Shown here piece after piece: positions 39,699 to 49,180 of a stretch of 64,000 nucleotides of DNA (the first letter of the stretch is position 1; every line of letters starts with the position of its first letter). Location of the stretch: the NCBI GenBank assembly GCA_041391425.1, contig JAWKNZ010000006.1, positions 132,045 through 196,044 of the forward strand, read 5' to 3'. Made by a program: the position numbers and the translations under genes. This DNA is from Bdellovibrionota bacterium. Its GTDB lineage: Bacteria > Bdellovibrionota_B > Oligoflexia > Oligoflexales > JAWKNZ01. The notes beneath the pieces were generated by a model that did not search any database, was not told the DNA's origin, and worked only from the letters and a program-made list of their open reading frames with translations.

Positions 39699-40539
39699 TT
39701 AGAGTACTTATTCTCGGTGATATTGTTGGGAAACCTGGGCGAAGATGCATCCAGGAATTACTTCCAGTTGCCCGTACACACTTTGCGCCAGATATAGTGG
39801 TGGGAAACGGTGAAAATGCTGCTGAGGGTTTGGTCTCACAAAAAAAGTTTTTGACCTCCTTACAAGCAAATATGGAATCGATTGTATCACCATGGGAAAC
39901 CATTGGCCTGATAAACGCGAAATATATGATTTTGCCCCAAAGCATAATAACCTACTCTTACCTGCCAATATGCATAATGTTGATTCCTTGGAACAGAGCT
40001 ACGCCGTATTGAAAACTAAAAATGGAGTTTTCTACGCGGTTATTAATTTATATGGACGTGCCTTTATGAAGGGAGAAAACCGCTGTCCCTTCCTTGCCGC
40101 GGATGAAATTCTCAAAAAAATACCTGATTCTATCAAAATCATTATAGTTGACGTCCATGCTGAAGTAACAAGTGAGAAGCAAGCCCTTGGACATTACCTT
40201 TCAAATAAAGCAAGTATTTTATATGGAACGCACACCCATTGCCCCACAGCAGATGAACGTATTTTAGCAAACTTCACCGGTTTCATAACTGATGTTGGCA
40301 TGACCGGAGCCTATGATTCAGTTATCGGTATTCGTAAAGAAGCTTCTATTTTACGCCTAAAATCAGGCGAAAAGAAAAAATTTGAACCTGCCAAAGAGGA
40401 CCCCTGGATGTGCTTTGCTTTGTTTGACCTCGACGAAACGACAGGGAAATGCACAAAAGTTAGGCGGTTTCGCTGGGAGCTAAATACATTTAATCCAAAT
40501 CAGAACTTTGCGTTATCCGTGGGATCTGAAATATTTTGA
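39695..40539 (+). CDS. ymdB: YmdB-type metallophosphoesterase (2',3'-cyclic-nucleotide phosphodiesterase); single frameshift
   Basis: MIRVLILGDIVGKPGRR..VVGNGENAAEG is in one frame. GFGLTKKVFDLLTSKYGIDCITMGNHWPDK.. is in the -1 frame (open from 39826). The junction lies at ggg ttt, 39826-39831. Confidence 0.85.
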
Positions 40540-40678
40540 AAACTATAGTATTTTCAACGGATTATAAGTTCATCCAGATGTTAGGCGCGAGGAAAAGGGA
40601 AACCGCAATGTACATGTTGGTACATGAGGATTTCCTAACGACGAAGCAGCCGCAACCGGCTAGAAATTCGGATCCGGG
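40521..40678. repeat. family-B element, single copy, overlapping the 3' end of ymdB
   Basis: gggatctgaaatattttgaaaactatagtattttcaa...ggaaaccgcaatgtacatgttggtacatgaggatttcc...gaaattcggatccggg. The first 19 nt encode the last six ymdB codons and its TGA. Confidence 0.9.
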
Positions 40679-40789
40679 CTTTATAGACAGATACCGAAAA
40701 CAAAAATCCCAGATATGGGAATAATGTTTTCAAAAGCTGGTTTTATGGTATAGAAATATTGATAATATTAAAACTATAGGAAATCATAA

Positions 40790-42508
40790 ATGAAAAATAA
40801 CTTTAATCATTTATTTATAACTAGATTGCTTGCAGTAATTTTAGGCCAGTTAGCGTTATCCTCTGCTTCATATGCAGTTTTCTTAGATGCCAATGGCCAC
40901 TACGGCATCCGCGCTGAAACGAGGACAGCTCCAAGCATGTCGAGAAGCTCGGGGCTCTATCAAGCAATTGATCAAAGCTTTCGATTAGAAGGAGAAGTTA
41001 GATTAAACGACCAATCTAGTATGTTCTTAGAATTTCGCTTATTCGATGATCCTAGACAAGCATATCTGGGCGACACTCCGCAGCCAGAATCTTGCCCAGC
41101 AAAACGAGATGAAGATGATAATAGTTGTTATGGCCGTCATCAAGACACAAGCCACCCTGGTTATGCTCCTTTAGCACCTAAAGTAACAAAAGCATATATG
41201 AGGTATGCGTTTGACTACTGTATCGTCGAAGCTGGAAGAAGAGGTCGAGATTGGGGGCTTGGCATCCTACTTGATTCCGGCAATGATCCATTTGACACAT
41301 CAATGTCTGTATTTGATGGGATAAGCTGCGATATCAATATGCAAAAAGCGCAAAATTTATCGTTTTCATTTGGTTTCGATAAATTATCTGAAACCGGAAC
41401 GTTTCCCTATGACCCATTTACAAATCCAACAGCACCACAAGCCGGTTCAAAAGAGAAAACCCAGGAAGACAATTATAGAGACGATTTAAATAACCCCAGA
41501 ACCTTTGGTGCCACGCAAAAGGCTGATGATCACGACCAATATTTTTTCACTCTTGAATATGATAGTAGCAAGACTAAGGCACCGACAGATCTGAACTATA
41601 AAGTAGGGATGTATTTCGCCAATATTTTATCAAGCTCTGATGGAGATATTGGCTCAGCCACCGATCTAAAGTTCTTTGACGTATACTACGGCCTTTCCTT
41701 ACCATCTTTTTCTTTCAAACAAGAGTTGATATATCAAGGAGGTAAATCGTCAGATCCTAACTTTGCTCGTTTAGGTGGGGTTATCGATTACTATAGCCCG
41801 TATAGAAATGAAATTCAGGCTTTTATGACAGCCGGAGTTTTAGAATGGACTATGAGTAAATCTGGCAGTAGCGTCGGCCCGGAAGAATACAAACAAGGAG
41901 ATGCTAACCGCCATTTATTATTTCTCGACTACGCCATTGCTCCTGGATCAAGCAGAGGCTACTTTAGTGCAGTAGACGCTGCTGGAAATACAATTGCTGA
42001 GAGTAACACTGATGTTAATGAGCTTGCTAGAGGCAATGACAGCAACAAAGGTGCAAAAATATCTGCTGCAGCCTTTCATCAAAACTATAAGCCGGCATTA
42101 ATCTTTTTTAACGGCCGCCCTCAATCAGACCATCTAAGGGTCGATGGTATCTTTGATCCCACCCGTCTTATGAATGTTTCATTATTTGGCTTAGGCTACC
42201 GGTATGAAGATTTAGCCAGTGGAAATTTCGAAGTGAAACTTATCACAGGACGATTAAGTGAAGGAATGCCGTCGGCAGTTCGAAACTATTACCTTTCCCA
42301 ACCTCTGAGTTACCCTCGTCCAGTAGGATTCTATGGAAAGGATCTTGGTTACGAATTAGATCTAAAATACTGGCGTACTATTAACAGACAAATCGATTTA
42401 GGAATTGCCGGTGGATATGCCCTTCCTGGGGATGCCTGGCAGACTCTTGAAGGCGAAACTCCTAAAGGAAATTTCTTAGCACAAAGTTATATATCAGTGA
42501 GATTCTAA
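40790..42508 (+). CDS. large outer-membrane beta-barrel (porin-like) protein
   Basis: Signal peptide ..LALSSASYA, a beta-strand-rich sequence and the C-terminal signature ..SYISVRF. Confidence 0.65.
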   Translation: MKNNFNHLFITRLLAVILGQLALSSASYAVFLDANGHYGIRAETRTAPSMSRSSGLYQAIDQSFRLEGEVRLNDQSSMFLEFRLFDDPRQAYLGDTPQPESCPAKRDEDDNSCYGRHQDTSHPGYAPLAPKVTKAYMRYAFDYCIVEAGRRGRDWGLGILLDSGNDPFDTSMSVFDGISCDINMQKAQNLSFSFGFDKLSETGTFPYDPFTNPTAPQAGSKEKTQEDNYRDDLNNPRTFGATQKADDHDQYFFTLEYDSSKTKAPTDLNYKVGMYFANILSSSDGDIGSATDLKFFDVYYGLSLPSFSFKQELIYQGGKSSDPNFARLGGVIDYYSPYRNEIQAFMTAGVLEWTMSKSGSSVGPEEYKQGDANRHLLFLDYAIAPGSSRGYFSAVDAAGNTIAESNTDVNELARGNDSNKGAKISAAAFHQNYKPALIFFNGRPQSDHLRVDGIFDPTRLMNVSLFGLGYRYEDLASGNFEVKLITGRLSEGMPSAVRNYYLSQPLSYPRPVGFYGKDLGYELDLKYWRTINRQIDLGIAGGYALPGDAWQTLEGETPKGNFLAQSYISVRF

Positions 42509-42518
42509 GGAGAGTACG

Positions 42519-43979
42519 ATGGATACTGCACAACTCAAGGCAAGACTCCGGCTAGACCGTCAGTTGGTGCTTGAGTTTTTTTCGTCGATAGCAAGTGTCC
42601 TCAACGCCAAAGGATATTTAAGCCTTCAAGATATTGATAGTCTGCGAGTTACAATTGCCGATATCCAGTCACAGCGTTTAGATGACTTTGAGTCAATCCA
42701 GTCGCAATTATTTAGAAAAAATGAAAATTTTTGCCAGTTGCTTACGTCGATATACGGAGAAGAAAAGCTTTACCAAAATATACTAAGATATACCGCAAAA
42801 AGTCTTTTTATTGAGCTTCGTGCAACATTGGGAGCCTTCGGAAATAGTCTTATAGATAAATCAAAGCTATTTCTCAACCGCACCACAATCGTCTACCAAG
42901 ACAAAAAAGCACAAGAGAAGAGGCTTCTATCATCTTTGTTAATAGACGCTGCCGAGATCGTGCAGGTATGTACTGACAGCTTCAGTAAGATAATTATTGA
43001 TTTCGACAAAATGCTACCTATTTCAATAGGCGTCGAACAAAGAGCAGGTTGCACCTTAGATCAAGATCTCTATCAAGCTCTTGGCTTTGGAGCAATCGAC
43101 AGCAACTCCCTTGCTTCGACTTCTGAGCACCTAGCTCGATTAGCTACTGAGTTCGTAGTCCAAACTTTCACTACCAGTACATTTGGACTTATTGAAAAAT
43201 TAGCAGATAACAAAAGTGATGAAGGTTATTTAAAACTTAAAATGTTGGAAGAAGATCTTCAATTTGAGACAAAAAAATTAAATCACAGTTTAAATGTCTC
43301 CTATTACAACGAACCAGAACAGTGGGAACTGTTTAGACAAAATTTTATAACTTGCCTTCTCCACATGAATAATAGAATTAAAAAGTTAGGCATGTTAGCT
43401 GTCGATTTTGTTAATAAAAAAGGCTTAGAAAACAACAGCGACAAAGTTATTTATACTGAAGAAATGAAACGTGGAATTATTTTCGAATTAATATCTAAGG
43501 GGCTGCAGTGCAGAGAGGCAAAAGAAGCTGCACATTGTCTCACGGACTATTTAAACCACCACAACTTAGAGCCTGACAAAGTTATAACGAGTGAGTTAGA
43601 AAATATCCATCAATCACTTTCACATGAATCTCTTACAACCCTGCAGTCCCTCTATAAGAAACATGATCTATCAACAGTTGGTATGACACGCGAGAAAAAT
43701 CACGCATTAAAGAAAGCAGGGGAATTACAAAAAGTCTTCAAAAAGCATATCGGCACTTCAGCTAGCCTAATTATTGCCCTGCTTTTCTTTATAATAGCTG
43801 GTTGTGGAGTAAAAACAGCTCCATTAAGTAAAGAACTTGATTTTCAGCCAGAAATTCCTTTTCGAAGCAACATTTTTAATCTGCAATCTGCAAATCCTGG
43901 ATCAAAGATAAACTCTTATATTAAAATGCGTTCTTATGATAAATTGGTTAAAATACAAAATAAAGAGACTAAGCATTAA
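42519..43979 (+). CDS. argininosuccinate-lyase-like (fumarase/aspartase superfamily) degenerate domain fused to a C-terminal TM/lipobox segment
   Basis: The ArgH block order is recognisable (..SSIASVLNAKGYLSLQDIDSL.., ..LPISIGVEQRAGCTLDQDLYQALGF..NSLAS.., ..CREAKEAAHCLTDYL..) but the catalytic signature residues are replaced. The C-terminus KKHIGTSASLIIALLFFIIAGCGVKTAPL resembles a lipoprotein signal; the Cys codon is at 43803-43805. Confidence 0.5.
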   Translation: MDTAQLKARLRLDRQLVLEFFSSIASVLNAKGYLSLQDIDSLRVTIADIQSQRLDDFESIQSQLFRKNENFCQLLTSIYGEEKLYQNILRYTAKSLFIELRATLGAFGNSLIDKSKLFLNRTTIVYQDKKAQEKRLLSSLLIDAAEIVQVCTDSFSKIIIDFDKMLPISIGVEQRAGCTLDQDLYQALGFGAIDSNSLASTSEHLARLATEFVVQTFTTSTFGLIEKLADNKSDEGYLKLKMLEEDLQFETKKLNHSLNVSYYNEPEQWELFRQNFITCLLHMNNRIKKLGMLAVDFVNKKGLENNSDKVIYTEEMKRGIIFELISKGLQCREAKEAAHCLTDYLNHHNLEPDKVITSELENIHQSLSHESLTTLQSLYKKHDLSTVGMTREKNHALKKAGELQKVFKKHIGTSASLIIALLFFIIAGCGVKTAPLSKELDFQPEIPFRSNIFNLQSANPGSKINSYIKMRSYDKLVKIQNKETKH

Positions 43980-43992
43980 GAGGAGCTCGGGT

Positions 43993-44889
43993 ATGAACGA
44001 TCAGTATTGTGGGGTATGGACCGCTCTAGTAACGCCATTTCAACAAAATGGTCAGATCGACTGGGATAGTTTTGATGCTTTGCTCAAGCGACAGGTAGAT
44101 GCTGGTATCAAGGGGGTCGTATTAAGCGGTACTACTGGTGAATCTCCAACACTAACAGTGCAGGAAAACATGTCTCTTGTGCGTAGAGCCAAGGCAGCCT
44201 ATGGAGATAAGCTTCTAGTAATGGGAGGAGTAGGGGGGAATAATACTTCACAAGCAACAGAATTGGCGCGGCTAACCAGTGAAAGTGGAGCTGACTGCCT
44301 GCTTGCAGTGACTCCACCATACAATAAGCCAAGCCTTGCCGGCCTTACAGCCCACTACCAATCCTTAATTTCTGCTCAACCCAAGCCAATTTGCCTCTAT
44401 CATGTGCCTGGAAGAACGGGTCAAAAACTTAGCCCGGAAGAGCTTTCACAACTTGCTAAATTACCTGGTATTTCCATGGTAAAAGAAGCCAGTGCAGATA
44501 TAGGCCTGTTTTCTCGTAGTAAAATAAAATCAGAGAATGAAGCAGTTTTTTTAAGTGGCGATGATACAACCTTCCTCGCGAGTTTAGCGGTGGGATCTGG
44601 AGGCGTCATAAGCGTCCTAACAAATATCTTTCCTAGTGCCTACGTAAAAATCTACAACTCCTTTAAAAAAGGAGACCTTGATACAGCTATCAAATTACAC
44701 GATTGTCTCTTAGAGTTTGTAGACATTCTATTCTGCGAACCCAACCCTTGCCCAACAAAGGCAGTATTAAAGCATTTAGGTTTATGTGAAAACATTTTTA
44801 GATTACCACTCGTTCCTGTCGACGATGGTAACTATGACCGCATTATTAGTTGTTATGAGGTCACAAGAACAGAATTAGAGAGTTTATAA
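43993..44889 (+). CDS. dapA: 4-hydroxy-tetrahydrodipicolinate synthase
   Basis: ATG 43993 lies behind gaggag. Motifs are ALVTPF, VLSGTTGESPTLT and YHVPGRTG. Confidence 0.9.
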   Translation: MNDQYCGVWTALVTPFQQNGQIDWDSFDALLKRQVDAGIKGVVLSGTTGESPTLTVQENMSLVRRAKAAYGDKLLVMGGVGGNNTSQATELARLTSESGADCLLAVTPPYNKPSLAGLTAHYQSLISAQPKPICLYHVPGRTGQKLSPEELSQLAKLPGISMVKEASADIGLFSRSKIKSENEAVFLSGDDTTFLASLAVGSGGVISVLTNIFPSAYVKIYNSFKKGDLDTAIKLHDCLLEFVDILFCEPNPCPTKAVLKHLGLCENIFRLPLVPVDDGNYDRIISCYEVTRTELESL

Positions 44890-44890
44890 A

Positions 44891-45649
44891 TTGACTACTA
44901 CAGAAATAAACAAAGCGTGGATTCACGGATATTCAGGGCGCATGGGTGAAAAAATCAAACAAGCGTTGGAAAACTCGTCTTTTTTTGAGTTAATTGGCGG
45001 CTCAAGCTTAGAGAAAAAGGACTTAACTAAAATAAATGAAACAGATATTATTCTTGATTTCTCTTCTGCACTTGGAAATATCGAGCTACTTAATATACTA
45101 GAAACCTCCAATCTAGAAAACGTTGCCGTTCTAATTGGCAGCACAGGCATCGAAGCTAGAACCAAACAGCTATGGAATCAATTAGCTCGGTCACAAAAAT
45201 TGTCCCTGCTATTTGCCCCAAATACAAGTTTAGGCGTGCTTTTAGCCGCAAAAGCCGCACTTACTATAGGCAAAGCCTCTTATGCAAATGATTTTGATAT
45301 TGAAATTGTAGAAACTCATCATAAAAATAAAATAGACCAACCTAGTGGGACTGCAAACTTTTTTGGTGAAATTCTAGCAGAATCCATTTCAGGTGTGCAG
45401 TTAGAAACAAATAGGACTGGGGCCAGGCAAAAAAGCGAAATAGGGGTCCATTCGATTCGAGGGGGCGGAATCTTTGGTGAACATGAAATCCGTTTTATAA
45501 ACGATCACGAGGAAGTACGTATTAGCCACCGCGCTTTTGATAGGGACTTATTTGCAAACGGAGCATTGGTCCTAGCTAGATGGTTAATGCGCAAATCATC
45601 TGGAGTTTACCATTTATTAGATATAGATTTGAAAGACCTTGCGCTATAG
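44891..45649 (+). CDS. dapB: 4-hydroxy-tetrahydrodipicolinate reductase
   Basis: EIVETHHKNKIDQPSGTA and the SIRGGGIFGEHEIRF blocks. TTG start directly after dapA. Confidence 0.85.
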   Translation: MTTTEINKAWIHGYSGRMGEKIKQALENSSFFELIGGSSLEKKDLTKINETDIILDFSSALGNIELLNILETSNLENVAVLIGSTGIEARTKQLWNQLARSQKLSLLFAPNTSLGVLLAAKAALTIGKASYANDFDIEIVETHHKNKIDQPSGTANFFGEILAESISGVQLETNRTGARQKSEIGVHSIRGGGIFGEHEIRFINDHEEVRISHRAFDRDLFANGALVLARWLMRKSSGVYHLLDIDLKDLAL

Positions 45650-45687
45650 CAAGTGCTATGATTTCTTCATTTAGAGTGTGAGGCCGT

Positions 45688-47694
45688 TTATCGAAAGCGA
45701 GTGCGGGCACCAAGGCGAACATAAGATAAGGTTTCGTTGTAAATAAAAATATTATCAGAAGCTAGCCAGTAGCCCTCCTGACTTTCCGCTGTAATATTAT
45801 AAAACCCTGGACCAACGTTAAAAAAGATCGCCTTATTCACTGAACCATCAGAATAATACCAACCATTTCCAATCTTATTACCTTCATGATCTACCAATTT
45901 AAAACGGATATTGCTGTTTCCTTGCCCTGTTAAGCTCCCAAATTCAACAACTACAGTGCCCAGAGCAGGGTCATAGACAGTATTTGCATAAATAGACATA
46001 TCCTCAATAAACCCTCGCGGCAAAAGCGGTGTTACATGAGAACCAACACCAAAGTCATCATCTACTCCGTAGCTATAAAGTGTTTGTTCAAATTCTGCAG
46101 CTTGTGAAAGCGCAAACAACCTCCCCATATGGGGCATAAGTCCGTATGCGTTTGTAACGTATCCATCATCAATTTGCATTAATGGCTCATCTTCACCTAA
46201 CGGGATTAGATTAATCATGTCTACTGGGCGGTAGTTATTAGCTGCGACCTCGTCATTGCTAAGCTGCTCATGCGCTGTTGCCAAAGCTGCCAAATGAGTG
46301 AATATCTTGCTATCTTTAAGCAAATAAAAATCTTCCTCAGTATGGTAGCCCGCAAAAGAGTTCATAGGAACCGTTGAAAAAAACGAGTCTGATGAAAAGC
46401 TAATAGAAAATGGCCCAGATGGAACGTTAAAATAGCAAAAACGTCCATTTATATCTGTCGATTTTAGGCTCGGGTCTAAATAACCAAAGCGATTAAAATA
46501 ATAAGGGCCATCTGCACTAATATCAATCTCGGCACTTATACCACTTAGTACATATCCCTCATGATCAAATGCAGTACCGCAAAAAGATTCCGAAGCTCTA
46601 TTTAGCTCTACTCCAGAAACCTTTAAATTCATTTCAAGCGTAAAAGCTCTCATCACCTTAATCTGTGTAGCAAAAGCTTCACCTTTCATATCAACAAAAA
46701 ATTCCGCCACAGTAGGCACATAAACGTTACTTGGATCTCGAACGACTACCATAAAGCGAGAATTAATTGGCATATTTGGAATTTCCACTTTGCCTAAAGC
46801 ATTCGTTTTTACTACAAAATCTGTCCCCACTAAACCTACGGAAACTCCAACAGCCGGATAAATAACACCTTTTGAAGGTACAGAACGCTCATCCATAATT
46901 TGCAATGCTACTTTTGAATAACCTATCTCATTAGCTTCTTTCGCAAAGCTTTTTGATTGCTTTTTATACATATCCAAATTCATCAAAGCCTGCTTTTCTA
47001 CCTCACCCATTGTCAATGGTTTACTAGAAATATGCTTTGAAACAGATATAGCAGCACTTCGCAGAGGTTTATCTTTCAACAATGAATCAATTTCGGTGAA
47101 GTTCTTTGGCATTTGCAACGCTAAACCAAGATCAAGACCATTTGCATTAACAAATGCGTCTGGAGCATCATTCTCCGCTAGAACAGTTTCGTTGCCAACT
47201 CTCTGCACACTACTTATTGATTGCGGCACTATCTGATCAGAATCAGATTTACCCTTCTTATTATCCGTCTCACTATCTACTTCTTTCTGCATCTGAAAGT
47301 TTGCAGCTAAAACTTCCTGCTTTGCACTATTGATAAGCTCAACCATAGTCAATTCATTGGAATTAGCCACGATTGCCACAGGCACTACATCAGACTGCCA
47401 AAGGACAGTCAAATTATCTTGCATACGTTGCTGAGTTGTAGCACCCTTCTCGTTTGATATTTTTACTAAATTTTGATCGATCCAACTTTCTACTGAAACC
47501 GCTTTACCAGTGGCATCATAAGAGTTGAGATAAGCCATATTAACAGTAGCTATTGGCCTAGCATATAAATCCATAGTACTTGTTATAATAAACAACACAG
47601 CCAATAGCATCAGTATGCGAACGCCATCAGAATTGATTATCAAACGCAACTGCTCGTTTCTATTTTTTTTTGAAAATAATTTTGCCTGAATCAT
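45688..47694 (-). CDS. hypothetical membrane-anchored/secreted protein (668 aa)
   Basis: An N-terminal hydrophobic anchor (ILMLLAVLFIITS) precedes a beta-rich body with segments resembling carboxypeptidase-regulatory-like folds. I could not name a family. Confidence 0.6.
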   Translation of the reverse strand: MIQAKLFSKKNRNEQLRLIINSDGVRILMLLAVLFIITSTMDLYARPIATVNMAYLNSYDATGKAVSVESWIDQNLVKISNEKGATTQQRMQDNLTVLWQSDVVPVAIVANSNELTMVELINSAKQEVLAANFQMQKEVDSETDNKKGKSDSDQIVPQSISSVQRVGNETVLAENDAPDAFVNANGLDLGLALQMPKNFTEIDSLLKDKPLRSAAISVSKHISSKPLTMGEVEKQALMNLDMYKKQSKSFAKEANEIGYSKVALQIMDERSVPSKGVIYPAVGVSVGLVGTDFVVKTNALGKVEIPNMPINSRFMVVVRDPSNVYVPTVAEFFVDMKGEAFATQIKVMRAFTLEMNLKVSGVELNRASESFCGTAFDHEGYVLSGISAEIDISADGPYYFNRFGYLDPSLKSTDINGRFCYFNVPSGPFSISFSSDSFFSTVPMNSFAGYHTEEDFYLLKDSKIFTHLAALATAHEQLSNDEVAANNYRPVDMINLIPLGEDEPLMQIDDGYVTNAYGLMPHMGRLFALSQAAEFEQTLYSYGVDDDFGVGSHVTPLLPRGFIEDMSIYANTVYDPALGTVVVEFGSLTGQGNSNIRFKLVDHEGNKIGNGWYYSDGSVNKAIFFNVGPGFYNITAESQEGYWLASDNIFIYNETLSYVRLGARTRFR

Positions 47695-47906
47695 GACAAA
47701 TTAATTTACCCTATCGCTATGCTTCTAGTCTTGGTTAAAGTCCACCGGAATTATCGGTCTAATATCATGTGCACCTTAGCTTCATTGAGTATTTGCAAGC
47801 ACTTAAACTTGAGAAAAAAACTGATTCATCTCTTTTCGGCTTAGAATTAATATTTTCAACATCATATTTTTAAACTTAAATATAGTAAAATTTATTAATT
47901 ATCCAA

Positions 47907-47928
47907 AATATTGCAGTAATGCAATATT
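47907..47928. promoter_or_regulatory. 9-bp inverted repeat with a 4-nt spacer in a long AT-rich intergenic region
   Basis: aatattgca gtaa tgcaatatt, located between the 668-aa gene start and the small ORF at 48311. Confidence 0.3.
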
Positions 47929-48310
47929 AGATATATCACTCCGTCCTATATCTATATTATTTACTTTAATAACTCGACTCTCTTCGTTCCACTTCTTACA
48001 CTAGGGCCCATAATTATTTTAATAGTCGCTATTATTCATTGCAAGTGAGGCAAAATGCCGTAGATCTTTTCTAACTATAGAGTTTCAGCAAAATTTTAAT
48101 CAGATAAAATATTTTATTAAAAATAACATCCCGCCAGAACCTACAAAAACTAGAATAATTTTAATTCCCATAAAAAATTATTCCAACTTACCTGTACAAG
48201 ATTATCGATCTAAGCTCTAAAGTTCCTTCTCATACTTACCGACCGCAGTTCATTACCATCGGCAGTCTTTGCCCACTTAAAGAGTATATCGCAAAGAAAA
48301 GGAGAATATT

Positions 48311-48421
48311 ATGAGTGAAGAAAAGAAATATATTCGAGACGGTGCACGATATGTCTGCCGGAAATGTAAGAAAAAATACTTCACTAAGGTAGAAGTCGAG
48401 CAATGCTACGATAGTCATTAA
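48311..48421 (+). CDS. 36-aa zinc-finger-like small protein (not in the supplied ORF track)
   Basis: aaaggag lies 7 nt upstream of ATG. The product is MSEEKKYIRDGARYVCRKCKKKYFTKVEVEQCYDSH, with CxxC...CxxxH spacing reminiscent of a C2HC/C2H2 finger. The track lists only an antisense ORF here. Confidence 0.5.
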   Translation: MSEEKKYIRDGARYVCRKCKKKYFTKVEVEQCYDSH

Positions 48422-48513
48422 AATTTCGTACTAATTTTAAACAAAAATTAGAGAAATTATTGCTTTGCATTCATATTTGGAATAGATTTACTTGTTAACT
48501 GGGAGGTTATCTG

Positions 48514-48948
48514 GTGAATCTAAAAGAGAAAATCCAAACCGATATCAAAGAATGTATGAAAAACAAGGACAAGAAACGCATATCCGTCCTGAGGATGCTT
48601 TTAAGCGAAATGCAATATGCTGAGACTGCATCTGATCGTTCGGCTCCGATAGACAACGCTCAGATGCTTAAAGTCATAGCTTCATATGAAAAAAGGCTCA
48701 CTAAGTCGTTAGCAGATTTTCCTGATGGCGACAAAAAAGAAGAGATACGCTACGAAATAAGCATTGTTTCAGGCTATCTCCCTAAAAAAGCCACTGAAAA
48801 AGAATTTTCTGCCAGTATTGATAAAATATTGTCTCAATCTGACGAACGCAATTTTGGCGTTATTATGAAACAAGTTATGTCCCAATTTGGTTCTGCTGCA
48901 GATGGGAATACAATTAGCAAGATTTTAAAACAAAAGTTAGCGGAATAA
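48514..48948 (+). CDS. GatB/YqeY domain protein
   Basis: LKEKIQTDIKECMKNKDKKRISVLRMLLSEM is the typical YqeY N-terminus. Length 144 aa. Confidence 0.75.
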   Translation: MNLKEKIQTDIKECMKNKDKKRISVLRMLLSEMQYAETASDRSAPIDNAQMLKVIASYEKRLTKSLADFPDGDKKEEIRYEISIVSGYLPKKATEKEFSASIDKILSQSDERNFGVIMKQVMSQFGSAADGNTISKILKQKLAE

Positions 48949-49180
48949 GTAGGCCTTAGTTTAAAATTCTTTTAATTGATAAAAAGTATGAATACTCATC
49001 TGTTAATGACAGACAGGTTAGGCCTTTACTTAATCCAGCAGTTTTATAGATTGACGATCATTTAAAGCAACCATAAATGAAGAGATAACAAGGGTGAATC
49101 GAACGGTTTTTTAGTATATCATGATTCGATAGCATTGATTCGGATCTGAATTTTGGAAGCTTTTCAAATTTTAGAAAGCC

